From an uncultured Oscillospiraceae bacterium (GTDB lineage Bacteria > Bacillota > Clostridia > Oscillospirales > Butyricicoccaceae): a stretch of 64,000 bases of DNA. Under the pieces are notes generated by a model. The model saw only the letters and a list, made by a program, of their open reading frames with translations, ran no database searches and was not told where the DNA came from. The DNA lies in assembly GCA_964646225.1 (NCBI GenBank), contig CAZYAD010000003.1:1894-65893 (forward strand), written 5' to 3'. Of this stretch, positions 54,016 to 64,000 are shown piece by piece. Within the stretch, counting starts at the first letter, position 1. Each line of letters starts with the position of its first letter. A program made the position numbers and the translations under genes.

Positions 54016-55605
54016 ATGAGTATCTTGATCTCTGATGTCAGGCTTCCTTTTCCGTTTTCGGAGGAGGAAGCCTTGACTGCCGCAAGGAAGAAATTGCGGC
54101 TCAGCCCCGAAAGCGTCCTCCGCGGCTGCCTGCACAAGCGCTCGCTGGATCTGCGCCACGGCGACCTGCGGGCCATCTGCTCGGTGGAGCTTTCGCTGGC
54201 GGGGGACGAGGCCGCCTTTGTCCGGCGGCTGGCGGATCCCCATGTACGGCTGCGGGAGCGGGCGGTCATGCCCCGTCCCACCGGAACGGAGCGGCTGGAA
54301 TCGCCGCCGGTGGTGGTGGGCTTTGGCCCGGCGGGTATCTTTGCAGCCCTGCTGCTGGCGAAAAACGGCTACCGCCCCATCGTGCTGGAGCGCGGCCGGC
54401 CCATGGCGCAGCGCGACCGGGATGTCCGGGCCTTCTTTTCCGGCGGCCAGCTGGACGAGGGCTCCAACATCCAGTTTGGCGAGGGCGGCGCAGGGGCTTA
54501 TTCCGACGGCAAGCTCACCACCCGCATCGGGGACAACCGCTGCGAGCTGGTGCTGGAGCTGCTGGAGGCCCACGGCGCGCCCCATGAGGCCCTGCAGGCT
54601 GCCAAGCCCCACATCGGCACCGACCTGCTGAAGGACATCGTGGTGTCCATGCGGCAGGAAATCGGCCGTCTGGGCGGACAGGTGCGGTTCGGGACCCGGG
54701 CACAGGGCCTTGTGCTGCGGGAGGGCCGCCTGTTTGGCCTGCGGCTGGAAGGGGAGGAGCTGCCCTGCCGGACGGCGGTGCTGGCCATCGGCCACAGTGC
54801 CCGGGACAGCTTTTTCACACTGCGGCAGCAGGGGGTGTATTTGCAGGCCAAGCCCTTTTCGGTGGGCGTCCGGGCAGAGCACTTGCAGGAGGACATAGAC
54901 CGGGCCCTTTACGGCCGGTATCTGGGCACGCCCGGCCTGCCGCCGGGGGAATATGCCCTTTCCCATCGGGAGGGCGACCGGGGTTGCTACTCCTTTTGTA
55001 TGTGTCCCGGCGGAGAGGTGGTGGCCGCCGCCAGCGAAAGCGGCGGTCTGGTGGTCAACGGCATGAGCTACCATGCCCGCGCCGGAAAAAATGCCAACGC
55101 CGCGCTGGTGGTCTCTGTAGGGCCTGAGGATTTCGGCTCTGATCCCCTGGACGGTGTGGCCTTTCAGCGGGAGTTGGAGAGGCGTGCCTTTGCCCTCGCC
55201 GGCGGGGACTATGCCGCGCCGGTGCAGCTCTGGGGCGACTTTGCCCAGGGGCGGGTCTCCACCCGTCTGGGGCGCGTCACCCCCACCTATCCCCGCGGCT
55301 GGCAGTTCCGCCCGCTGGAGGAGGTTCTGCCGGAGCAGGTCTGCGGCCTGCTGCGCCGGGCTATGCCCCGCTTTGGGCAAAGGCTTCGGGGATATGACGC
55401 CGCAGACACCATCTTCACCGGGGTGGAGACCCGCACCTCGTCGCCGGTGCGCATCACCCGGGGCGACGATCTTTACAGCCTGAATGTACAGGGCCTGATC
55501 CCCTGCGGCGAGGGCGCCGGTTATGCCGGCGGCATCATGTCCGCAGCGGTGGACGGCATCCGCGCGGCAGAGGCCATCATGAGCCGTTATGCCCCGCTGG
55601 AATAG
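54016..55605 (+). CDS. FAD-dependent oxidoreductase (COG2509-like uncharacterised dehydrogenase)
   Basis: Start at MSILISDVRLP (ATG 54016). Dinucleotide fold VVVGFGPAGIFAALLLAKNG, then GEGGAGAYSDGKL, and C-terminal GEGAGYAGGIMSAAVDG. Confidence 0.8.
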   Translation: MSILISDVRLPFPFSEEEALTAARKKLRLSPESVLRGCLHKRSLDLRHGDLRAICSVELSLAGDEAAFVRRLADPHVRLRERAVMPRPTGTERLESPPVVVGFGPAGIFAALLLAKNGYRPIVLERGRPMAQRDRDVRAFFSGGQLDEGSNIQFGEGGAGAYSDGKLTTRIGDNRCELVLELLEAHGAPHEALQAAKPHIGTDLLKDIVVSMRQEIGRLGGQVRFGTRAQGLVLREGRLFGLRLEGEELPCRTAVLAIGHSARDSFFTLRQQGVYLQAKPFSVGVRAEHLQEDIDRALYGRYLGTPGLPPGEYALSHREGDRGCYSFCMCPGGEVVAAASESGGLVVNGMSYHARAGKNANAALVVSVGPEDFGSDPLDGVAFQRELERRAFALAGGDYAAPVQLWGDFAQGRVSTRLGRVTPTYPRGWQFRPLEEVLPEQVCGLLRRAMPRFGQRLRGYDAADTIFTGVETRTSSPVRITRGDDLYSLNVQGLIPCGEGAGYAGGIMSAAVDGIRAAEAIMSRYAPLE

Positions 55606-55620
55606 AAAAGGGAGGAAGCT

Positions 55621-56028
55621 ATGGAACAGCAAGCGCAAGTGATCCGTATCGTCAGCGATGCCGTGGCCCGGGTGGCCGTCAAACGGAAATCGGCCTGCAG
55701 CGGCGACTGCCATACCTGTCACGGTTGTCCCCACCCGGATGAGATCGTCATGGTGGACGCCGACAATCTGGTGGGCGCGCAGAAGGGCGACAATGTGCTG
55801 GTGCGCAGCGATACCGGCCGGGTGCTCAAGCTGGCCGCCATGCTGTATCTCATGCCGGTGGTGCTGTTTTTCCTGGGGTATTTTCTCATGCCCGGGGGAG
55901 AAGGGGCGCGGCTGGCTGTGGGCGGCGGAGCCTTTGCAGCGGGCATCCTGATCTGTATGGCGGTTTCCCGCTGGATGAAGGAAAACAACAGGGAAATGCA
56001 CTTTTCCATCGTGGAAGTGCTGGAATAA
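55621..56028 (+). CDS. RseC/MucC-family (SoxR-reducing system) membrane protein
   Basis: Cys cluster CSGDCHTCHGC followed by two TM helices. 135 aa. Confidence 0.75.
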   Translation: MEQQAQVIRIVSDAVARVAVKRKSACSGDCHTCHGCPHPDEIVMVDADNLVGAQKGDNVLVRSDTGRVLKLAAMLYLMPVVLFFLGYFLMPGGEGARLAVGGGAFAAGILICMAVSRWMKENNREMHFSIVEVLE

Positions 56029-56040
56029 GAGTAGGAAGTG

Positions 56041-56925
56041 ATGAATTTGCTGAAAAGCATGACCGGCTATGGCCGGGTAAAGGTGGAAAATGATCTCCGG
56101 GAGATCACGGTGGAGCTGCGTTCGGTGAACCACCGCTATCTGGATCTGAACATCAAGGTGCCTCGGATCTACGGCTATCTGGAGGATATGGTCTCCAAGC
56201 AGGCACAGGCCGCCATCGCCCGGGGCAAGGTGGATATCTATGTGTCCATTCGCGCAAAAGAGGGGGCCGATCTCCGGGTCACCCCCAATATGGCTGTGAT
56301 CCAGGGCTATGTGGAGGCCGCCCGCCGGGTGTCCGAGACCTATGGCGTCCCCGGCGAGATGACCGCCCTGTCCCTGCTGCGTCTGCCCGACGCCATGGAG
56401 CAGAACCGGGAGGAGGCCGACGCCGATCAGCTGAAGGCTGAGGTCTCTGCCGTGCTGGCACAGGCGCTGGAGGAATACAATGCCATGCGTCAGCGGGAGG
56501 GCGCCCGTCTGGTGGAGGATGTGGCCCTGCGGGCCGGGCTCATTGCCCGGGCGGTGGACTTTGTGGAGCAGCGCTCCCCTGACTGTGTAGAGGAATACCG
56601 CGCCCGCCTTGCCGCCCGGATGACCGAGCTGCTGGACGGCACCGAGCTGGCCCAGCAGCGCATTTTGCAGGAGGCCGCTCTGTATGCCGACAAGGTCAAT
56701 GTCACCGAGGAGATCGTCCGCCTGCGCTCCCACCTGTCTCAGCTGGAGACCATGCTGAAAAGTCCGGTGGCCATCGGCCGCAAGCTGGATTTTCTGGTGC
56801 AGGAGATGAACCGTGAGACCAACACCATCGGCTCCAAGGCCAATGACTTCCAGATCGCCAAGACCGTGGTAGATATGAAGGCCGAGATCGAAAAGATCCG
56901 GGAGCAGATCCAGAATCTGGAGTAA
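56041..56925 (+). CDS. yicC: YicC/YloC-family stress-induced endoribonuclease
   Basis: MTGYGR N-terminus, SVNHRYLD, and C-terminal [25 protein letters not shown] 56038 is the alternative start. Confidence 0.88.
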   Translation: MNLLKSMTGYGRVKVENDLREITVELRSVNHRYLDLNIKVPRIYGYLEDMVSKQAQAAIARGKVDIYVSIRAKEGADLRVTPNMAVIQGYVEAARRVSETYGVPGEMTALSLLRLPDAMEQNREEADADQLKAEVSAVLAQALEEYNAMRQREGARLVEDVALRAGLIARAVDFVEQRSPDCVEEYRARLAARMTELLDGTELAQQRILQEAALYADKVNVTEEIVRLRSHLSQLETMLKSPVAIGRKLDFLVQEMNRETNTIGSKANDFQIAKTVVDMKAEIEKIREQIQNLE

Positions 56926-56935
56926 GGAGCGCCTT

Positions 56936-57205
56936 ATGAAACTGATCAACATCGGCTTTGGCAATATGGTCTCCTCTGACCGGCTGGTGGCCATTGTCAG
57001 TCCGGAATCGGCCCCCATCCGCCGTATCATCACCAAGGCCAAGGAGAGCAATATGCTCATCGACGCCACCTATGGCCGCCGCAGCCGCAGCGTGCTGGTC
57101 ACCGACTCCGACCATGTGATCCTGTCCTCCATCCAGCCGGAGACCATTGCAAACCGCTTCAGCAGCGAGTATGAGGACGACGAGGAGGAGGAAGAGGATG
57201 AATAA
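56936..57205 (+). CDS. remA: Extracellular matrix/biofilm regulator RemA (DUF370)
   Basis: [32 protein letters not shown]...[24 protein letters not shown]. The body is highly conserved and carries an acidic tail. Confidence 0.9.
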   Translation: MKLINIGFGNMVSSDRLVAIVSPESAPIRRIITKAKESNMLIDATYGRRSRSVLVTDSDHVILSSIQPETIANRFSSEYEDDEEEEEDE

Positions 57206-57785
57206 AGGCTCCCTGTTTATTATCACCGGTCCCAGCGGCACGGGAAAGGGCACCCTGCTCAGGCAGGTGATGCAAACCCTGGATCGGCTGTATTTCTCGG
57301 TGTCGGCTACCACCAGAGCGCCCCGCCCCGGGGAGGAAGACGGCGTGCATTATCACTTCCTCAGCCGGGAGCGGTTTGAGGAGCTGGTGGCCCGGGATCG
57401 CTTTCTGGAATATGCCCGCTATGCGGAAAATTATTACGGCACCCCCCTGGATCCCGTTCTGGAGCAGATGGAGCAGGGCCGCGATGTGATCCTGGAGATC
57501 GAACTCCAGGGTGCCCTTCAGGTGATGGCCCGGATGCCGGAGGCGGTGACGGTGTTCATCGCGCCGCCCTCCTTTGCCGAGCTGGAGAGCCGGCTGCGGG
57601 GCCGCGGCACCGAGACGGAGGAGGTCATCCGCACCCGGCTGGAGCTTGCCCGGAAGGAATGCGCCGCCATGAACGCTTTCCGCTATGTGGTGGTGAACGA
57701 CCGCGTAGAGGAGGCCGCCGACCGCCTGCGGGCGGTGATCCTGTCTCAGCGCTGCCTGCGGGAAAAGCAGACGCTGGCCCTTTGA
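57198..57785 (+). CDS. gmk: Guanylate kinase
   Basis: Start at [19 protein letters not shown] (ATG 57198). [18 protein letters not shown]. Confidence 0.92.
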   Translation: MNKGSLFIITGPSGTGKGTLLRQVMQTLDRLYFSVSATTRAPRPGEEDGVHYHFLSRERFEELVARDRFLEYARYAENYYGTPLDPVLEQMEQGRDVILEIELQGALQVMARMPEAVTVFIAPPSFAELESRLRGRGTETEEVIRTRLELARKECAAMNAFRYVVVNDRVEEAADRLRAVILSQRCLREKQTLAL

Positions 57786-57854
57786 CAGGGGCACGGTGTG
57801 CCCCATCGTTACCATTGTGTAAGAAATTGAAGAATAGAAAAGGAGAATCACCCT

Positions 57855-58157
57855 ATGCTGCATCCCTCGATGAGTGAATTGCTGGAAAAAGTAGACAACC
57901 GTTATCTGCTGGTGAATGTGGCCGCAAAGCGCGCCCGTCAGATCGCAGAGGAGGCCGAGCTGAACGAGGTCAACCTGTCGGAAAAGCCGGTGAAGCTGGC
58001 GCTGGATGACATCGTGGCCGGCCGGATCGTCAATGTGTCCGAGGCGGATGACGTGCAGAGCGACGAGAGCGACGCCGAACAGAGCAGCGACGCGCCGGAG
58101 GAGGCCGGTCAGGACGAAGCCGGACAGGAAGCAGACGAAGAAGCCGCAGAGGAGTAA
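57855..58157 (+). CDS. rpoZ: DNA-directed RNA polymerase subunit omega with acidic C-terminal tail
   Basis: LLEKVDNRYLLVNVAAKRARQI core. AAGGAG SD. Confidence 0.9.
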   Translation: MLHPSMSELLEKVDNRYLLVNVAAKRARQIAEEAELNEVNLSEKPVKLALDDIVAGRIVNVSEADDVQSDESDAEQSSDAPEEAGQDEAGQEADEEAAEE

Positions 58158-58163
58158 ACCGGC

Positions 58164-60614
58164 ATGAGCGGGCAGACTCTGGTGGCCCGGGTGGCGGTGG
58201 CTGCGGCGGTCTATTCCATCGACCGGCCCTATGATTACAGCGTTCCCGAAGCCTGGGCCGGACAGGTGCAGGCCGGAACGCGGGTCATCGTCCCCTTTGG
58301 CGCGTCCAACCGCCGGAGCGAGGGCATCGTTCTGGAGCTGGCGCAGACGGCAGAGGAACGGCCGCTGAAAAGCCTTCTTCATGTGTTCGACGACCGGGTG
58401 GTGCTGGGGTCGGAGCAGCGGGCGCTGGCGCTCTGGATGTGCCGCCGCTGCTTCTGCACCTTTTTTCAGGCCGCCAACGCCATGCTGCCGCCGGGAGTCT
58501 GGAACCGCCAGGCCGAGGTCTATCAGCCGGGGGAGGCACCGCCGGACGGCCTTTCCGGCCGCAAATTACAGCTTTTTCAGACGGTGGCAGCGGCAGAAAA
58601 GCCCCTCACCGGGCCGGAGATCGCCAAGCGCTGCCAGCTGGAGGACTGCAAAAAGGAGCTGGCCCAGCTGGTGCGTTCGGGCCATCTGAAGGTGAAGCAG
58701 CAGTTCCGGCAGTCCGTCCGGGAAAAAAAGATCACCCTGGTGCGCCTACACCTGCCCATGGAGCAGGCGCTGGCGCAGATCGGCAAGGGCGCCATGCGGG
58801 AAAAGCGGGAGGCCGTCCTGCGGGTGATCGATCAGGCGGGACAGCTGCCTGAAAAGGAGGTCTGCTACCTCACCGGCGTGGGAGCACCCCTGATCCGCCG
58901 GCTGGTGACGCTGGGGATCCTGGAGTCCGAGGCGGTACAGGTCAGCCGGATGCCCCAGACGGAAAGCGTCGGCCCGCCGCCGCAGCTGACGCTGAACGAA
59001 GAGCAGCAGGCTGCCTATGACCGGCTGTGCCGGCTGCTGGAAAGCGGTCGGCCGGAGGCCGCCTTGCTTTATGGCGTCACCGGCAGCGGAAAGACCCAGG
59101 TGTACATCCGGCTGATCCGCCGCGTGCTGGAGCAGGGCCGGAGTGCCATCCTTCTGGTGCCGGAGATCGCCCTGACGCCGCAGATGCTGGAGCGCTTTCG
59201 CCTGCATTTCCGGGAAACGGTGGCGGTGATGCACAGCGGCCTCACCGCTGCCCAGCGCTATGACGAATACTGCCGTATACAGCGGGGCGAGGCCCGGGTG
59301 GTCATCGGCACCCGCACGGCGGTGTTTGCCCCGGTGCAGGAGCTGGGCTGTATCATCCTGGACGAGGAGCAGGAGCCCACCTACAAGTCCGAGGCCGACC
59401 CCCGCTATCACGCCCGGGAGATTGCCAAATACCGGGCGGCACAGGCGGGCTGCCTGCTGCTGCTTGGCTCGGCGACCCCCTCGGTCGAAAGCTTTCACGC
59501 GGCGCAGAGCGGCGCATATCAGCTGCTGACTCTGAAAAAGCGCTATCAGGAAACGCCGCTGCCTCGCACCCTGCTGGCCGATATGCGGGGCCAGCTGCGG
59601 GAGGGCGACCCCTCCCGGATCAGCCGCCAGCTGCTGGAGGAGCTGCAAAGCAACCTGTACCGTGGGGAGCAGTCCATCCTGTTCCTCAACCGCCGGGGCA
59701 GCGCCCGCATGGTGGTCTGTGTGGACTGCGGCGAGCTGCTGATGTGCGATAACTGCTCGGTGGCCCTGACCTATCACGGCCGCAACGGGCGGCTGATGTG
59801 CCATCATTGCGGCTTTTCCCGCCCGCTGCCGGAGGTCTGTCCCAAGTGCGGCGGCAGCCATCTGCGCCTCATCGGCGCGGGGACCCAGAGCGTGGAGGAT
59901 GAGCTGCGGCTGCTGCTGCCCGACGCCGTGGTGCTGCGGATGGATGCCGACACCACCGAGGGCCGTGCCACCCACGAAAAGCTGCTGGAGGATTTTGCAC
60001 GGGGCAAGGCAGACATCCTTTTGGGCACCCAGATGGTGGCCAAGGGGCTGGATTTTGACAATGTGACGCTGGTGGGCGTGCTGGATGCCGATCTTTCGCT
60101 GTATTGCGGCGATTATTACGCCCAGGAGCGCACCTTTTCTCTGATGACCCAGGTGGTGGGCCGGGCAGGACGGCGGGACAAGCCGGGCCGGGCGGTGATC
60201 CAGACCTACACGCCGGAAAATCCCGTGATCCGGGCGGCGGCGGCGCAGGATTATGACAGCTTTTATCAGCAGGAGATCCTGTCGCGCCGGGCGCTGAAAG
60301 CCCCGCCCTTTGCCCATCAGTTTGTATTCCGCTTCGGCGGCGGGGAGGAGCAGACCGTCCGGCGGGCAGCAGAGGTCTTTGCAGAGGCGCTGCAGGGGCA
60401 GCTGGCAAAGCTTCCGGAGCTGGAGCCCCGGGTGCTGGGCCCCGCGCCTGCCCCCATCGCAAAGCTGAACCGGCGCTATTTTTACACCGTGGCCTTTCGG
60501 GGAAGGGTCACCCAGGCCAGCAGGGGACTGGTTTCCCAGATGCTGGCAGCCTATGACCGCTGGCCCGGCAGCCGGAGCCTGACGGTTTCGGCGGACATTG
60601 ACCCGTATTATTAA
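58164..60614 (+). CDS. priA: Primosomal protein N' (replication restart helicase)
   Basis: Walker A GVTGSGKT, DEEQ box, and Cys-rich Zn insertion CVDCGELLMCDNCSVALTYH...CHHCG...CPKCG. Confidence 0.92.
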   Translation: MSGQTLVARVAVAAAVYSIDRPYDYSVPEAWAGQVQAGTRVIVPFGASNRRSEGIVLELAQTAEERPLKSLLHVFDDRVVLGSEQRALALWMCRRCFCTFFQAANAMLPPGVWNRQAEVYQPGEAPPDGLSGRKLQLFQTVAAAEKPLTGPEIAKRCQLEDCKKELAQLVRSGHLKVKQQFRQSVREKKITLVRLHLPMEQALAQIGKGAMREKREAVLRVIDQAGQLPEKEVCYLTGVGAPLIRRLVTLGILESEAVQVSRMPQTESVGPPPQLTLNEEQQAAYDRLCRLLESGRPEAALLYGVTGSGKTQVYIRLIRRVLEQGRSAILLVPEIALTPQMLERFRLHFRETVAVMHSGLTAAQRYDEYCRIQRGEARVVIGTRTAVFAPVQELGCIILDEEQEPTYKSEADPRYHAREIAKYRAAQAGCLLLLGSATPSVESFHAAQSGAYQLLTLKKRYQETPLPRTLLADMRGQLREGDPSRISRQLLEELQSNLYRGEQSILFLNRRGSARMVVCVDCGELLMCDNCSVALTYHGRNGRLMCHHCGFSRPLPEVCPKCGGSHLRLIGAGTQSVEDELRLLLPDAVVLRMDADTTEGRATHEKLLEDFARGKADILLGTQMVAKGLDFDNVTLVGVLDADLSLYCGDYYAQERTFSLMTQVVGRAGRRDKPGRAVIQTYTPENPVIRAAAAQDYDSFYQQEILSRRALKAPPFAHQFVFRFGGGEEQTVRRAAEVFAEALQGQLAKLPELEPRVLGPAPAPIAKLNRRYFYTVAFRGRVTQASRGLVSQMLAAYDRWPGSRSLTVSADIDPYY

Positions 60615-60632
60615 ATCAGGAGGGATCCGTTT

Positions 60633-61121
60633 ATGGCGATCCGCAATATCGTCAAGGTGGGCGACGACATTCTCACCAAGAAGTGCCGCCCCGTAACCGA
60701 CTTCAACGACCGTTTGTTCACCCTGCTGGAGGATATGCACGAGACCCTGACCGCCGCCCATGGCGCAGGGCTGGCCGCGCCCCAGGTGGGCATCCTGCGC
60801 CGTCTGGCGCTGGTGATGGTGGAGGATGAGAGCTTTCTGGAGATCATCAATCCCGAGATCATTGACCGCCGGGGAGAGCAGGACGGGGCCGAGGGCTGTC
60901 TGTCCGTCCCGGGGAAATACGGCATGGTCAAGCGCCCCATGGAGGTCACCGTCCGCTTTCAGGACCGGAACGGCCAGTGGCAGGAGCGCAAGGCAGAGGG
61001 CTTTACAGCCCGCGCCTTCTGCCATGAGATCGACCATCTGGACGGACATCTGTACACCGAGCTGGTGAGCGAATATCTGGATCCGTCGGAGTTTGCCGGA
61101 GACGGGGAGGACGACGAATGA
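60633..61121 (+). CDS. def: Peptide deformylase
   Basis: GAGLAAPQVG, EGCLSVPG and HEIDHLDG motifs. Confidence 0.93.
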   Translation: MAIRNIVKVGDDILTKKCRPVTDFNDRLFTLLEDMHETLTAAHGAGLAAPQVGILRRLALVMVEDESFLEIINPEIIDRRGEQDGAEGCLSVPGKYGMVKRPMEVTVRFQDRNGQWQERKAEGFTARAFCHEIDHLDGHLYTELVSEYLDPSEFAGDGEDDE

Positions 61122-62050
61122 GGCTGGTCTTTATGGGCACGCCGGACTTCGCCGTGGCAGCGCTGGAGGCGCTGCATCAGGCGGGGCACGACATCGCCGC
61201 CGTTTACACCCGGATGGACACGCCGAAAAACCGCGGCATGAAGCTGCTGCCCCCGCCGGTAAAGGTCAAGGCGCTGGAATACGGCATTCCGGTCTTCCAG
61301 CCCAAAAATCTGCGGGGAGAGGATACCTGGCAGCAGCTGCGGGAGCTTGCGCCGGAGGTCATCGTGGTGGCGGCCTATGGCCGTCTGCTGCCCCAGACCG
61401 TGCTGGACATTCCCAAATATGGCTGCCTGAATATCCATGCCTCGCTGCTGCCCAAATACCGGGGCGCAAGCCCCATCAATGCCTGTATCCTCCACGGCGA
61501 GGAGCGGGCCGGCGTCACCATCATGCAGATGGAGGCCGGGCTGGACACCGGCCCCATGCTGCTGCCAGCCGAAGTGGAACTGCTGCCGGAGGAGAGCTAT
61601 GGCAGCCTGCACGACCGCCTTGCAAAGCTTGGCGGAGAGGCCATTGTAAAGGCGCTGGACCTGCTGGCGCAAAACCGGCTTCCCGCCGTTCCGCAGCCGG
61701 AGGAAGGGGCCTGCTATGCCCCCATGATCCGCACGGAGGACTGCCGCATCGACTTTTCCCGCACGGCCCGGGAGGTCTCCTGCGCCATCCGCGCCTATGA
61801 CCCCGTGCCGGGTGCCTTTGCCACCCTGGGCGGCGGCAAGATGAAGCTGTTTGAGGCCGCGCTGGAGCAGACGGAGGGCCACTGCGGTGCGCCGGGCGCC
61901 ATTGTGCGCAGTGACAAAAACGGCATCGTGGTGGCCTGTGGTCAGGGGGCGGTGCGCATCCGCGCCGTGCAGGGCGCCGGAGGCAAAAAAATGCCCGCCG
62001 ACGCCTTTTTCCGGGGCCATGCCGCACTGCTTTCGGAAACTTTCTGTTAA
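61118..62050 (+). CDS. fmt: Methionyl-tRNA formyltransferase
   Basis: MRLVFMGTPDFAV and NIHASLLPKYRGASPI motifs. ATGA overlap with def. Confidence 0.93.
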   Translation: MRLVFMGTPDFAVAALEALHQAGHDIAAVYTRMDTPKNRGMKLLPPPVKVKALEYGIPVFQPKNLRGEDTWQQLRELAPEVIVVAAYGRLLPQTVLDIPKYGCLNIHASLLPKYRGASPINACILHGEERAGVTIMQMEAGLDTGPMLLPAEVELLPEESYGSLHDRLAKLGGEAIVKALDLLAQNRLPAVPQPEEGACYAPMIRTEDCRIDFSRTAREVSCAIRAYDPVPGAFATLGGGKMKLFEAALEQTEGHCGAPGAIVRSDKNGIVVACGQGAVRIRAVQGAGGKKMPADAFFRGHAALLSETFC

Positions 62051-62104
62051 CAGCGCAACCTTTTACCGGGCCTTCCGGTCTAACCCGACGAAAGGGGTGT
62101 TTTC

Positions 62105-62782
62105 ATGTATTTCGATCCCACTTATCTGATCCTGCTTCCGGCGCTGCTGCTGGCCTTTTGGGCGCAGGCCCGGGTGAACAGCGCCTATGGCCGCTATTCC
62201 CGGGTCGCCTCGGCCCTTTCCGGGGAGGAGGCCGCCCGGCAGGTGCTGGCCCTTAACGGCGTCACCGGTGTGGAGATCCGCCCGGTGGCCGGTAAGCTTA
62301 CCGATCATTATGATCCCCAGACCAACACCATTTACCTCTCCCAGGGGGTCTATGCCGCACGGACGGTGGCGGCCGCGGGTGTTGCTGCCCACGAGGCCGG
62401 CCACGCGGTGCAGTATGCCATGGGCTATGGCCCCATCCGCCTGCGCACGGCGATCATCCCGGTGACCCGGCTGGGCTCCGGCCTGTCCTGGCCGCTGTTT
62501 CTGGTGGGGCTGGTGCTGGGCAGCGAGCCGCTGGCCATGGCCGGTGTGGTGCTGTTCTGCGCGGTGGTGGCCTTTCAGCTGGTGACCCTCCCGGTGGAGT
62601 TCAACGCCTCTAACCGGGCGCTGGCCGCGCTGGAGGACTGCGGCTGCTGCTCTGCGGAGGAGGTAGACGGCGCAGGTGTGGTGCTGCGCGCGGCCGCCAT
62701 GACCTATGTGGCCGCGTTGGCCCAGTCGCTGGCCCAGCTGCTGCGGCTGCTGACCATCGCCAACCGGAGCCGGAGGGACTGA
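62105..62782 (+). CDS. Membrane zinc metallopeptidase (Zn_peptidase_2 / YpfJ-like family)
   Basis: HEAGHAVQ zinc motif flanked by TM helices. DHYDPQTNTIYLS. Confidence 0.8.
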   Translation: MYFDPTYLILLPALLLAFWAQARVNSAYGRYSRVASALSGEEAARQVLALNGVTGVEIRPVAGKLTDHYDPQTNTIYLSQGVYAARTVAAAGVAAHEAGHAVQYAMGYGPIRLRTAIIPVTRLGSGLSWPLFLVGLVLGSEPLAMAGVVLFCAVVAFQLVTLPVEFNASNRALAALEDCGCCSAEEVDGAGVVLRAAAMTYVAALAQSLAQLLRLLTIANRSRRD

Positions 62783-62783
62783 T

Positions 62784-64000
62784 ATGCTGTCTGCACGGGA
62801 AACCGCCCTGCGGGCGCTGATCTCCTTCCGCCGGGAGGGAGCCTGGCCTGATCTGTACCTGAAAAAAGCCTGTCGGGATATGAGCCGGGAGGAGAGCGCC
62901 CTGTGCGCCAATCTGACCTATGGCGTGCTGCAAAACCGCGCCTGGCTGGACTTCCTCATCGGCAGCGTTTCCGCCCGGCCTGTGGAAAAGCTGACCCCAC
63001 AGGTTCTGGATGCCCTGCGGCTGGGGGCCTATCAGCTGCTGTTCCTAACCCGAATTCCTCAGAGCGCTGCCGTCCACGAGACGGTGGAGCTGGTGAAGCA
63101 GCACGGCAATCCCGCCGCCGCAGGCTATGCCAACGGCGTTCTGCGGGCCCTTCAGCGCCGGCTGGAGCAGCTGCCGGAGGTGCCGAAGGATGACCCGCTG
63201 GAGTATCTTTCCATCCGCTACAGCCACCCCCGGTGGTTCGTGGGCAAGATGTGCAAGCGGCTGGGCTTTGCGGACTGTGAGGCGCTGCTGCAGGCGGATA
63301 ACGCCCCCGCCCCGGTGACCGCCCGGGTCAATACCCTGAAGCTCCGGCGGCCCGAGCTGCTGGCTTTGCTGGCAGAGCAGGGGATCGCCGCCCAGCCCCA
63401 TCCGTGGCTGGAGCAGGCGCTGTGCTTCCCTGACCTGCGGGGCGTGCTGCAAAGCGACGCACTGAAGCAGGGGCTGTTTTACATCCAGGACATTGCCAGC
63501 CAGCTGTGTGTAGAGGCGTTGGCCCCCCGCCCGGGGGAAACCGTGCTGGATCTGTGCGCCGCTCCCGGGGGAAAATCCCTGCTGGCGGCCCAGCTGATGG
63601 AGGATCGCGGCACCCTGCTGTCCATGGATCTCCACCCGCATAAAACCGATCTGATCGCCCAAAATGCCGCCCGCTACGGGGCTTCCTGTATCCAGACCTT
63701 CCCTGCGGACGCCTCTGTGATAAAGGACGCCCTGCTGGCACGGGCCGACACCATCATCTGCGATGTGCCCTGCTCGGGAATGGGGGTCATCCGCAAAAAG
63801 CCCGATGTGCGCTATAAGGACGGCGACCAGCTCAAGGCCCTGCCGCCTCTCCAGCTCTCCATTCTGGAGAATGCGGGCCGCTATCTCCGGCCCGGCGGCC
63901 GTCTGGTCTATTCTACCTGCACAGTCTTGAAGGAAGAAAACGAGGCCGTGGTGGAGCGCTTTCTGTCCACCCACCCGGAGTTCGCGCTGGAGCCCTTCAC
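62784..64000 (+). CDS. rsmB: 16S rRNA (cytosine967-C5)-methyltransferase, partial (runs off window end)
   Basis: Absent from the ORF track because no stop lies in the window. ATG 62784 follows the previous stop. NusB-like N-domain, SAM motif DLCAAPGGKS, and catalytic Cys contexts DVPCSGMGVIRKKPD and YSTCT. Confidence 0.88.
   Translation, partial: MLSARETALRALISFRREGAWPDLYLKKACRDMSREESALCANLTYGVLQNRAWLDFLIGSVSARPVEKLTPQVLDALRLGAYQLLFLTRIPQSAAVHETVELVKQHGNPAAAGYANGVLRALQRRLEQLPEVPKDDPLEYLSIRYSHPRWFVGKMCKRLGFADCEALLQADNAPAPVTARVNTLKLRRPELLALLAEQGIAAQPHPWLEQALCFPDLRGVLQSDALKQGLFYIQDIASQLCVEALAPRPGETVLDLCAAPGGKSLLAAQLMEDRGTLLSMDLHPHKTDLIAQNAARYGASCIQTFPADASVIKDALLARADTIICDVPCSGMGVIRKKPDVRYKDGDQLKALPPLQLSILENAGRYLRPGGRLVYSTCTVLKEENEAVVERFLSTHPEFALEPF

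Noticed and set aside
53911-61049. Long antisense ORFs (1052 aa at 53911-57069 and 767 aa at 58746-61049) opposite the yicC-remA-gmk-rpoZ-priA-def block
   Set aside because: Same reasoning. The plus strand encodes a series of unmistakable housekeeping proteins with SDs and coupled starts, and the antisense products are compositionally biased with no recognisable family.

Overview
High-GC (hand counts about 60-65% G+C) chromosomal segment of a Gram-positive anaerobe. Spo0A, RemA, SLH-anchored wall proteins and an ECF module suggest Clostridia, probably Oscillospiraceae/Ruminococcaceae-like; this placement is inferred. Most of the window is housekeeping. It holds yhaM, clpE-type ATPase, pgsA, cvpA, truA-ecfTA2A1, deoC, argG-argH-argF, a five-tRNA operon, spo0A, ispDF, cdaA-cdaR and the yicC-remA-gmk-rpoZ-priA-def-fmt-rsmB cluster. 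It also holds a citDEFXG citrate lyase cluster that runs without a terminator into aconitase and isocitrate dehydrogenase. I saw no transposase, integrase, CRISPR array or rRNA. The most interesting locus is at 1.4-8.6 kb. There a sigma-70-type promoter, a compact cobalamin-type riboswitch and an intrinsic terminator sit in front of three secreted proteins. These are a cohesin+3xSLH wall anchor, a small protein ending in a type-I dockerin, and a 1664-aa cohesin + Ig/MBG-repeat + 3xSLH giant. No canonical B12 transport, biosynthesis or B12-independent isozyme gene is attached. I read this as a candidate B12-repressed, cellulosome-style cell-surface assembly, possibly for corrinoid capture. The dockerin and the adjacent cohesin lie in a visibly AT-rich patch. 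Other points worth a second look:
- an unclassified terminator/antiterminator leader before an NMT1-like ABC transporter
- a decayed ABC-2/GldG/DUF4340 locus with an in-frame TGA and two apparent deletion junctions
- a macro-domain/HTH fusion
- a lipoprotein barnase with barstar
- a membrane-tethered XRE regulator
All calls come from reading the sequence and ORF translations. No database search was run.
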